DNA from: Octopus sinensis
Taxonomy: Eukaryota
Length of the DNA: 64,000 bases
NCBI RefSeq assembly: GCF_006345805.1
Contig: NC_043000.1
Location: 106,330,001 to 106,394,000 of the forward strand
Direction: 5' to 3'
Shown here: in pieces, positions 39,435 through 50,623 of the stretch
How the letters are laid out: each line of letters starts with the position of its first letter
Position numbering within the stretch: the stretch's first letter is position 1
Made by a program: the position numbers and the translations under genes
The notes under the pieces: generated by a model
Databases searched by the model: none
Told to the model about the DNA's origin: nothing
The model's input: the letters and a program-made list of their open reading frames with translations, nothing else

Positions 39435-40929
39435 TTATAAACCAAAGGAATGACACACATTTGATAATATAATCCCAGATATTCACCAGAAGATACACTG
39501 TTTTTGATCATATTTGATTAATCAAAGTTGGCTTGGAATAAAACAACAGTTAATTCTGTTAAGAATCACAAAGATATATAGAACTGTGATTCCAGTTTTT
39601 GTAACTCCATAGATGATGACAACCTAAGCAAGTAGTTCTCCCAGAAAAAGTTTTTAAATGTATTAAAGGATGAATGTGTGTCCTGTGCTGAAGAAACACA
39701 ACGAAACATATGCAGCAAATTTGAACTTACATAATCATCATTTAATGTCCTTTTTCAATGCCAGCAGGGGTTGGGTAGTTTGATAGAGTACAACAAACAA
39801 CAGGGCTACATTAAGCTCCAATGTCAGCTTTGGCCTGGTTTCTATGACTGGATGCCCTCTCTTTCCTAATGCCAGCCACTTTATAGTGTGTACCGGGTGC
39901 TTTTTTTTTTGGTGCCACCAGCACTAGAGAGGGCACCTAGTAACTTGCAAGATGAGAAAAGAACAGGAAAAAGCCCTTTCAGCTAAGTTGGAGCAAGTAT
40001 TTGAATGGGGTAGTGGTATTATGCCAAGAGTTGAAAGGATAAAACATGACCGAGGGACAAGCATAGGTGTCTTGTCATAGAGGAGATACAAGGCTACCCA
40101 ACATTTTATAAGAATGGGAGTAATTAGAAAGAAGGCAGAGATGGTAGTAATGAAATGAGATAATTATCTGACAATATCTACCTGGCCATTTGGCCTGTAT
40201 TCTTGGAAAATACACTGCTCAATGATGATGATGACAAGGGATCATAGCAATAGTGATGATGATGATGGTGGTGGTAATGTGGATCATGGTGATGTCAGTA
40301 ATACTGATGGCAGTAGTGATGATCTATTGCAGCTTTATAGTCATTTCTTACAACAACAATAATTTAATTCTATTGGGAGAAATTGGAAGTGACATGAGGA
40401 CAGAGCAGGCCCAAAATAACTGGTCTCTTGGGGACAGCTAGGATTTTGAGATTGGTGCTTGGGTGTTGAGTGTCTTCTACAATAAGTTAAGATCCAAGTA
40501 GTAAAGCTTATAGGTTGTGGAAAGAGATCTTGTGAGACCTCTAACAGGTTGCTGTCTGCTATCACAGCATCAACCAGAACAAATAAGACCAAGAGCTCTG
40601 AGTCATAGAATAATAATATTTCCAGTTCATTATAGCCAAGGCAAGTCTTTGTTGAAAAAGGAAAAGGAGATATAATCAATTGGGTTGAACCAACATCACA
40701 ACGTCTGATTTTATTGAGCCACAAGAGATTAATGGTGAGACTGACCCAAATAAGATTTCGATATAATTACCAAACAAACTGAAGCATCCAGGTTGGTTGT
40801 CAATAATTAATCCCTGTTTATGGCTTCCTGATAACTTTCATAGGAATTAGATTACAAGATGTGTTAGTGTTTGTGTGTCTGTGCGTGCATGCGTATGTAT
40901 GTATTTATGTATGTATGTGACCGTGTGTG

Positions 40930-41180
40930 TTACGTTGGCGATTTTCTATGTTTCTGACGAAGAGCTCTGCCCAAAATGTTAAATCCTCCTTTCTTTCCTT
41001 TCCTGAGCGTTCAATAACACTATATCTGTTCCATGTCCTCGCGTTGTTGTGTTTTCTCTTTGTTCATGTTTGGATTAACTATGTATGAATATACATATAT
41101 ATATATATAGTACGAAAAAGGAGGAAGAGAATTTCGATTATCCCCACATGGTGAGTCATAATGCAATATATTTATATATA
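40930..41180. mobile_element. Penelope-like terminal repeat remnant with decayed hammerhead motif
   Basis: CTGACGAAGAGCTCTGCCCAAAATGTT at 40954-40980 followed by a pyrimidine-rich segment and (TA)n. Confidence 0.5.
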
Positions 41181-41778
41181 TAATAAAAGAGGGAAAATGC
41201 ACACAGTTTACATAGTTTTGATATATTTTAAATGAAAGAGTATTGTAGTTGTCGACCAGTTTTACTTTCGCTAATCATGACATTGAAATTATTGTAATTT
41301 TGTATTAGGAAAACTTTAGTCCATGTTCTTGTATGAAAGTTTGTGACTGAATCAGCAAGTATAAAAATCTAAGGGGAGGTAATTGGTGATAGTTATTACA
41401 TGGGACAGGGGAGGTAATTGCTTATTTTCGGGGTGGGATAAATAAACATACAAAAACTCATAAGCGAAAGTAGTGAGATGAAATATGAAGTGATGGATAT
41501 GTGATCATGAATTAAAATATATACTGAAACCAAAGTTGGTTATGCATTCGTATTTAGGTGCGTTTTGTAGTTTTCAATAAATAAATTTTCATTTATCTAC
41601 TTGATTTTTCTACTTGTTGATTCATTCACAAACATTCATACAAGAACATGGGCTAAAATCTTAAGAAAATACGAAATTACAATAATTTCAATGTCACGAT
41701 TAGCAAAAGCAGTCAACAACCACAATACTCTTTCATTTAAAATATATCAAAACTATGTGCATTTTCCTTCTTTTATTA
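41181..41778. mobile_element. Foldback/MITE with about 180-190 bp inverted arms
   Basis: 41181-41369 aligns to the reverse complement of 41603-41778 (TAATAAAAGA.GGAAAATGCAC..ATAGTTTTGATATATTTT.AAATGAAAGAGTATTGT..GACATTGAAATTATTGTAATTT..CCATGTTCTTGTATGAA.GTTTGTGA.TGAATCA.CAAGTA.AAAAATC). Confidence 0.8.
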
Positions 41779-43679
41779 CATATGTGGATATGTGTGTGGG
41801 TGGGTGTGTATCATCATCATCGTTTAACGTCCGTTTTCCATGCTGGCATGGGTTGGATGGTTCGACTTGGGTCTGGAAAGCTAGGAGGCTGCACCGGGTT
41901 GATCTGGCAATGAGGGGACTCAGTACTAATGTTTTGACGTTATCCATGACATTTTATTTTGAAGTAACTCCAAAATAAATATATATAGGCATGGCTGTGT
42001 GGTAAGAAGCTTGCTTCCCAATCACATGGGTCTGTGTTCAGTCCCACTGTATGGCACCTTGGACAAGTGTCTCTTACTATAGTCTCAGGCTGACCAAAGC
42101 ATTCTGTGTGGATTTGGTACACAGTTTATGTCCTTGTAACTTAGCAGTTTGACAAAAGAGACAGATAGAATAAGTACTAGACCTAAAAAAATAAGTCCTA
42201 GGGTTGATTTGTTCAATTAAAACCTTGCAAGGCAGTGCCCCAGCATGGCCATGACCAAATGACTAAAACAAGATAATTCTCACTACCTCAAGGTGTAAAG
42301 TGATCAGAATTACTCGTATTTTAATTTTTGTGTGTACAGGATAATAGTAATTTTTGTCACATACTTAGCCACGTATTGTAACATAGAATTTCATGACCAG
42401 ACACAATCCTTGGACTGATAGTGGCTGATAGTGAGAACTAACTGGTTTCAGCCATTGGACTGTGGCCAAGCTGGGACATTGCCATCAAGAGCTGTCATTG
42501 ATTATATTGATCTCAGTACTTTCTCTGATAACTACTTAATCTCAGGAGGAGCAAGGGCAAAGCTGACACAAGAAGATTTTACACTCAAAACATGAGATAG
42601 TCAATACCACAAGGTATTTTGTTTGATGTTTGATTCTTCCACAGATTTCTTAAGATTACAATGTAAGAATGAGGGGTGTGCAATGAAGAAAGGCATCTTC
42701 AGCAGTCTGTATAGTGGATTAGGAAGAGCTGCATTGCTGGGTAAACAATTCTTGGTTTGGAGGAGTTAATGAGATTCTCCAGGTGTTGTAGACATTGTTT
42801 TTTGAATGAACAGCTATAAGTGACCACTTGAGAAAGTGAGTGTTTGTAGCAAATCTTTAAAAAAAATAAATCACAATAAATGAAAAATGTTTTTGAAGAA
42901 TAATTATAATTACCCATTTTGGAAATTTCGTTTTCCTCAACAGGGACAAGCAAATCACAGCTTTCCTCCTGGAATAAAACAAAACTATTTAATATTAATA
43001 AACGCAAATTAAAAAAGAAAAAAACGATTTTTCATGCTAATAGAAGGAGATAGGAAAACAGTATGAAATTTGAGAAGGAACTGAAGGAAGACATGTGAAA
43101 TGAGATATCCTTAACTTGCAAAACAACAGTTCGAGACAAGAAGGACATTTAAACGCTTCAATAATATATTTATTCAGCTTAAGCTACTAGCATGGAAAAC
43201 TGACATAAAAATGAATGAATCAAATATATATACACACTTACACATACATAGAAATACATACATATATGTCTACACAAAAATATCACATAGTATGTATGTA
43301 CACATACATACCATAGTAGTCAGCAACTCAATTTCAAGCTTAACAACTTTCTCACTGCAGACGTTTAACAGGTTTAATAGGGTTTCTACCTAGCTCTGAT
43401 TTTGTTTTAAACTTTTTAAGAAATGTTGCACATAATTTTATCAAGAATCACATCAAGAGCAGCTCCCCAAGTGTGCATTCATTACAAATGAATTTTCAGC
43501 CCAGCATTATATGAGTACATCTTGGCACATAAAGGACAGCATATATATAGACACACACACACACCTGTGTGTATATGCATGTATCTATGTATGTACATGT
43601 GACAACTGCCATCTGAGAAGTGACAATACTGAACATGCAGGAGAGCAGCAGCTATGTAATTCTATAAGGTGTATTAAAT

Positions 43680-44370
43680 GTACACCATGATTATACAAGA
43701 AGTATGGTGGGATCAGAGGTAAGCTGACAGAGAAGGAAAACTTTGCATGAGTAGTTAGCAGTAAGAAGCAACTGTAACTAAATTCTTTCAAATGCTTGGA
43801 AGATTCCATAGAGGTAACTGATAGCTTCTCTTACTTACATAGTTTAATTAGCAGAGGAGGTGAGTACTCTGAAGGCATAGTAGCCAGGGCAAAAGCAGGA
43901 TAGAAAAACTTTAGGGAGCTACAATCTCTCTTGGTAACAAAGGAGTTCTTTCTGAGTGAAGAGTAAATTGTATGAAGTATGATGTTGCAAGACAATGAAA
44001 CCCAGTCATTGAATGTACAAAGGCTAAAAAGAAATGGGACGAGCATGCTGTGCAGGAAATGAGATGTTAGCATGCATGAAAATGAAGCATAAATGAGCTG
44101 AGAGAAAAACAGGGAGTAAAGTCAGATGTAGTGTGCAAGAGATAAAACTATGCTTGCATAGGTACGTGATGTGTACACAGCATGACAATTGAATTAGAGA
44201 AGTACCAAGCAAAACAAGTAGAAGCAATCTGTGGAAGAGGAAGTCCAATGCAGACATGGGTAGAAGAGGTGAAAATCATCTCAGAAGGCTGAATCTCATG
44301 AAGGAGAGGATTGCAGTAAGTGGTGAGACCCTGCATGAGAGAAAAACCCATCCAACTCAATTAAGTATGG
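43680..44370 (+). mobile_element. Highly decayed RTE LINE RT fragment
   Basis: GKLTEK..EVTDSFSYL..GGEYSEGIVAR..LLVTK..GTGTAGTGTGCAAGAGA segments collinear with 46600-47300. Confidence 0.6.
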
Positions 44371-44518
44371 AACAGCAAACATAAATTGATGATTTTATTT
44401 TTGTATTTGGTTTGCAAGATACTCAATGTGATCTTGTATATTGAAACACATTTTGCTGCATTACTGTAGATTCATTATACTAATAATGAATCAATAATTA
44501 TACAGCAAAATCTGTTTA

Positions 44519-44880
44519 TCATACTAATAATAAACACAGTGGTTCTATTTCATTTATTATTATTAGTCAGTTAACATTAAACCAATTGTTTGATTAATTG
44601 TTCAGTAAATCAGCTAGATTTACCAAAATCCTTTTATTGCCATTCACAATCTTATCTAATTAGCAGACAGACCTGAAGCTGACCTGGAATAGGAAGGGCA
44701 TGTCATTGATGAGGTTGCGAATAGCAATGAAAAGACTTTGATAAACATGGCTGATTGATAGACTGACCGAACAATTAATCAAACAATCAATTAGTTAATT
44801 GGTTAAATGTTAGCCGACTGACTAATAATAATAAAAGTGAATGAAATAGAACCAGTGCACATTTATTATTGGCATAATGA
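44519..44880. mobile_element. Small foldback/MITE with inverted arms
   Basis: 44519-44614 matches the reverse complement of 44750-44880 (AATAATAAA..TGGTTCTATTTCATT..TTATTATTATTAGTCAGT..AACATT.AACCAATT..GTTTGATTAATTGTTC..AATCAGC) with indels. Confidence 0.7.
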
Positions 44881-45074
44881 ACCTCTCAAGATACAACAAA
44901 ACTGGAGGTGATTCATATGTACACACATAAGCAGTCTTTCAAGTATTGTAGGTCAGATGTACAGATGAGCGAACAGGTTTCATATATAGAATGGAAGTGA
45001 GGGATATGAATAGTAACAAGTAGATAATATGTATACAAAGTAAAAAACTATATTGATATATGTAACTGCATGCC

Positions 45075-45340
45075 AGCGCCATCTTGACTGGCTTCTGTGC
45101 CGGTGGCACGTAAAAAGCACCAACCGATCGTGGACGTTGCCAGCCTCTCTGGCACCTGTGCCAGTGGCACGCAAAAAGCACCCACTACACTCACGGAATG
45201 GCTGGCGTTAGGAAGGGCATCCAGCTGTAGAAATACTGCCAGATCAGACTGGAGCCTGGTGCAGCCTCCTGGCTTCCCAGACCTCGGTCAAGCCGTCCTA
45301 CCCGTGCTAGCATGGAAAACTGACGTTAAACGATGATGAT
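45075..45340 (+). mobile_element. Young RTE 3' UTR/tail copy (two stem-loop units)
   Basis: GTGCCGGTGGCACGTAAAAAGCACC..GTGCCAGTGGCACGCAAAAAGCACCC, then the standard tail and (GAT)n. Confidence 0.8.
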
Positions 45341-46161
45341 GATATATATATATATAGGCACATACATATGTGTGTATGCATACAAATATTATCATCATTT
45401 TACACCTGCTGTGCTGTCCCTGCTAACAAGGGTTGTATGTTGTATGGGGCCTACTCACCCAGACCAGTCAGGTGAAACTAACCTCAGTTTCTACAGCTGG
45501 ATGTCCTTCCTAATATCACCCGCTTTAACAGGGACAACAGCACTATAAGGTAACCACAACTTGACTAAAGGGCCCTCTCAACCTCCAAGTCCCTGCTTGC
45601 TCATCCACCTTTTACAGAGTAAGAGATAAGAGTGATAGGAGTACTCAGTACTCTGAGATAGGGCAGGGATATTCAAGGCTACACGACTGAGATGGCAGGT
45701 GGGTGACAGAAGTTTATGTGACTTATGAGATAAAGCGATGACAGTAACCCAAGATATATAGGAGAAAAGGAGTAAAAACATGCTGGCAAACAGTGACAAC
45801 AGAAATACAGAAGGTGAATTGACAAGTGGTCCAATGTATCCACCAACACAACACACAGCCACCCAGATGTACTTCATGTGTGACACTATAGATGGGAAGT
45901 AGGTGTGTCCTACACTAGTAAGCTACATAAAGGAGTGGTGGGGAGAGGGTCAGAACAGGTGCAGTGGCATCCTGACTGAAGTCAATGTCTGGCAAACAGA
46001 AGAGATGCATGCATACACAGGTATAAATACCAACATGTGTGTGTGCTTGTGTGTATATACATATGCATGTGAATATGAATATTTAATATGGATATGTATA
46101 GATAAGTAGTTCATGCATATGCAAATATATATATATGTGTGTGTGTGTATGTATGAATAAG

Positions 46162-47580
46162 CAAATATAGAGCTATACAAGCCATGTACAGGAATGCTGT
46201 CAGTAAGGTGAGGGGTGGCAACGAGTACAGTGAAGAATTCGGGTAGGGGTAGGGGGTCCACCAAGGATCAGTCCTCAGCCCCCTCTTATTCATCATAGTC
46301 CTCTGGGCAATAACAGAGGAATTCAAGACAAACTGCCCCTGGGAGCTTCTCTATGCTGATAACCTTGTTCTAATAGCTGAGTCACTATCAGAACTAGCAG
46401 AGAAGTTTCAGATGTGGAAGCAAGGTCAAGAAGCGAAGAGCCTTAGAGTCAACCTAGAAAAACCAAAGTCGTAATAAGTAGGAAGGCAGACAAACCACAA
46501 ATCCTTTCGAGTAGATGGCCCTGCTTGATCTGTAGAAAAAGCATAGGTAGAAACTCCATAAGATGTACCCAGTGTAAGCTATGGACACATAAGAGGTGCA
46601 ACAATATCAAAGGAAGGCTAACTGGGAAGATAGCTTTTGTGCATGGCAAATGCTCAGGAGCAATAAACACTGAAAATGTGCAGAAAATAGCTTCTGTCAC
46701 ATTCCAGGGAGAAAAACTACAAGCAGTTGATAGCTTCTGTTACCTAGGTGACCAAGTCAGTAGCGTGGATGGATGTTCTGAAGGTGTAACTGCTAGAATA
46801 AGAATAGCTTGGGCAAAGTTCAAACAGCTCCTACTTCTGCTGGTGACAAAGGGCCTCTCGCTCAGAGTAAAAGTAGACTGTATGACACAAGTGTACAAAC
46901 AGCCATGCTACATGGTAGCGAAACATGGGCAAAGACTACTGAAGAGATGCGTAAACTTGCAATGAATGAAGCCAGTATGCTCCATTGGATGGGTAATGTC
47001 AGTGTGCATACATGATAGAGTGTAAGCGCCCTGAGAGAAAATTTGGATATAAGAAGCATCAGATGTGGTGTATGCAAGAGAGACAACTGCGCTGGTATGG
47101 TCATGTGTTGCGAATGGATGAGGACAGCTGTGTGAAAAAGTGTCACACCCTAGCAGTAGAGGGAACCTGTGGAAAAGTTAAACTCAGGAAGACCTGGGAT
47201 GAGATGGTGAAGCATGACCTTCAAACTTTGGGCTTCACTGAGGCAATGACAAGTGACCGAGATCTTTGGAGATATGGTGTGCTTAAGAAGACCCAGCAAG
47301 CTAAGTGAGACCATAACCGTGGCCTATGCCAGTGCTGTATAACCAGCCCTTTTAAGAGTACCCTTCAATCATTGGGCAATAAATTGTGCTTGCGAAGACC
47401 TGTTGAGGCAAGTGAAATCGTTGTCGTGAATGATGACAGTACCACCTGATTGGCATCCATGCCAGCGGAACGTAAAAAGCACCATTTGAGCATGGTTGTT
47501 GCCAGTGCCGCCTGACTGGTTCTTGTGCCAGTGGTACGTAAAAAGCACCATTTGAGCGTGGTTGATGCACCTGTTTCACT
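46162..47580 (+). mobile_element. 5'-truncated RTE-clade LINE (RT with embedded Cys/His finger) plus 3' UTR, frameshifted
   Basis: AIQAMYRNAVSKV..GVHQGSVLSPLLFIIVL..WELLYADNLVLIAES (YADD motif altered); ORFs 46525-46965, 46809-47015 and 47012-47308 (ERQLRWYGHVLRMDEDSCVKKC..KTWDEMVKHDL). Confidence 0.9.
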
Positions 47581-48291
47581 GGCCTCTGAACATCACTGTA
47601 ACTTCGGCATGGGAGGCAAGAGAGTTTGTTAACACTTTGCTGAAGGTGCTACCTCAAGTTTCCTGAGGGAAGGAGTGACTAACACTAAATCACCTGCAGT
47701 ACAAATAGTGCTAAACAGACAACTCCTTCATATCAAAATGATATTTTAGTTGATGTTGTCTCATACGGCAAAACAGAAAACAATAGTTAATAGAGAATTC
47801 TATTTCTTTTTATTTTGAAACACTAATTTCATGTTTTCTTTTGTTACTCTAAATATGAAGGATTTCTTATTCCATTTCTCATGTTTTTGGAGGAGACGTA
47901 TTGTCTATGGTTTTCCCTTAGATGTAAATGCATTGTAATATATTATTTTATCAAGAGAGGAAAAAGACTTTTCGCACATTGACCATCAGAATAAGAGACT
48001 TGAAGTATAATAGTTTTAAACTGGCGTGTGTTACAACACTCAAATGTGTCATGAAGCTTTAAATTCACACAAATGACAATCATAGGGCGGTATGGTAACA
48101 AGACCACAAAAACTTTTAGAAATTAGAAAATTTTCTGCGATATCCCTTAATTGTTTTTAAAGGACAAATTGGATAATGTAACCCAAGATACACTATCCCT
48201 GAATCGATACGAACAGGTCATGGCAAGAACAACAAATACTGGGTGGAAAGGGTCTTTAATGGTCACCGAACGTGGAATTGATTTTAATATT

Positions 48292-48662
48292 CGGATCTTT
48301 TCGGTTTGAACAACAGTTTTTAAAAATAATTTCCACGTAACTAAACACTTTTAAACTTCGTATACTGGTAGAATGTGTTTATAAAACATCTTTTTCTCTT
48401 GGCTTTATTGAGAAAATTCTATAGTCTGTAAGATATTTGTTGTTGGTTTTTTTTCCTTCGATTTCTGCAATTTCAACCAATCAATGACGTCTATTGAGAT
48501 GGAAACATTCTGTACCGTATATGTCCCTCGTTTAAGAAACAGATTGGGTTTATTTACCTTTCTGAAGAAAAAAAATATACCCTTCCCCCCACCCCTAACC
48601 CTAACACATGCAATAGATCGATACTAGGGTTATAATTATGCGTGACAATTTCATATGACACC
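48292..48662. mobile_element. Interspersed non-autonomous element with CCCTAA-like motif (Helentron-like or MITE)
   Basis: Starts GGATCTTTTCGGTTTGAAC, ends GACAATTTCATATGACACCG, contains CCCCCACCCCTAACCCTAAC. Shares a TTGATTGG.T.AAATT motif with the 4120-4792 element. Confidence 0.5.
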
Positions 48663-49339
48663 GCTAGAAAAAACTGAAGTTCGCTATTAGGATAAAGTTA
48701 AATTTTGAAATTTACTGTATTCTCTCCTCATCTATAAAACGTGCTGTTTAACCCCAGGCCAACCCTAACTGATGACCATTACATCTTTTAGTATGTCTAG
48801 GACAACATCGGCCAATTTATCTTTAAGATGATTGGGAGTGATATGAGGGAATTTGGCTGCTATTTCTTGCAGACCGAGCAACTGCGATTTATAAGTGGAA
48901 ACAGAAAAGGGAAGTTGTCGCTGTATATATTTTATAACCAACGACATTGTAGAAAAGTAAGTCAAATGAAATCGTTTCAATAAGTATTATTTACAACCAG
49001 TCGGTGATATCAGGTGTCGCAAAACCACCACGTATCTGAAATTATTCTAGCGTGGGACACACTCACTCTAAACGTATCAGCAGATGGAGAAATGAGGACG
49101 GCGTGAAAGATTTAAATGATTATTTCTCTCACTCAGAACGTAAAAAAAGAAAAACATTTCCAACAAAGAATGGGAACTTGTAATAATTATTGTAATTTCT
49201 CCATCTTCTTTTTCCTCATGCATATATATATATATATATATATACAATTATACAATATATATATATACATGAAAACATGGGGGGAAAGTTTTAGACATTG
49301 AAGGACACCAGGATGTTTTTTTATTTCAACGTCTACGTT

Positions 49340-49420
49340 TTGATTGGGGGGGGGTCCTATCGGAAGTGACTGCAGACCACGTTGAAACATTCAGCTAGGT
49401 GTCGCGTAACACACACAAGA
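49340..49420. promoter_or_regulatory. Candidate promoter core (inverted CCAAT, G-run, ETS-type CGGAAGTG)
   Basis: TGATTGG, GGGGGGGGG and CGGAAGTGAC clustered in unique, CpG-retaining sequence. Confidence 0.35.
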
Positions 49421-50562
49421 CTAATAGTTTGGGGGGGGGGGTTCATTAATTCTAATATTTAATTTATATTTGCTGAAGACGAAACATCGCCTGTATATGT
49501 TTATTTAATAAGTTTCTAATAGGATTACATATTCATTTTCGTCTTAATATGCGACACAACGCGGGAAGAGCTAAGGCTATGTAAGAATGTGGGATATGAA
49601 GGGTTATATACAATAGCGATGGCATGCTTATATATTAGGGAATCCCGTCTCCAAAAAAGGAGGTAATGAAAATAGTCAAGCAATTTAGATAAGGAGAAAA
49701 TGAAACTGCTGTTAACTGCTCAGAAATAATACTTAAGAAATGCTTATATACCGAAAAGCAAGTCGAAGATTTCTTTGTTTTCAGTTTTAAAAATACCAAA
49801 ATAAAAACATGGTTAAATAAACAGAATTCAACATCATTTTTGTGTAATTAAGCCACATAAATTCATCCATGTGACAAAGTAATCTTTGTACGACAAATCA
49901 TTTCAGAATATTGTTTACATTTTTTCCAAGTGTTTTGTAATCATACTGTAGGAATCCCAGACAATGGATCCATGAATTTCATATCACTGATAATATTCGC
50001 ATCTTATTTTTCAAATAAATTCATCGTGAATACATACTGAAAAGAATTACCAAACTCGTGTTTGTAAAGTGAATTGAAAAAATAATAATTTCTAACATAG
50101 GTACAAGGTCGCAAATGTTAAAGGAAAGAGTTAGTGGATTACATCAATCCCAATACTTTAGTTTATCGACACCAGAAGAATGAAAGGCAAAGTTAACCAC
50201 AGCGGTATTTGAACTCAAAACGTAAAGAGCCGCAAAAACTGCCGCAAAATATTTTGTCCGACGCGCAAAGCATCCTACCAAGATACTAGCCTCACTTGAA
50301 ATGTTCCATTTTCTAATTTCAGTAACTCTCATTAACTCCCCTGATCGCGGGACCCCAACGACTATTACCGAATTTGTGTTTGCGTATATATACAATTTTA
50401 CTTTTAATCGACGAAAGTCAGACTATGACTCAGGGGTAAAGTGTTTCGCACACGGCATACATGAGACCCTCGGCCCTGGGTCCCTTTGTAATTTATTGAG
50501 TTCTTTTTCTTTGTTCTAGCAAACATACACGTATATAAATCTGTTGATTCACAAGAAGCGAT

Positions 50563-50623
<61 letters not shown>

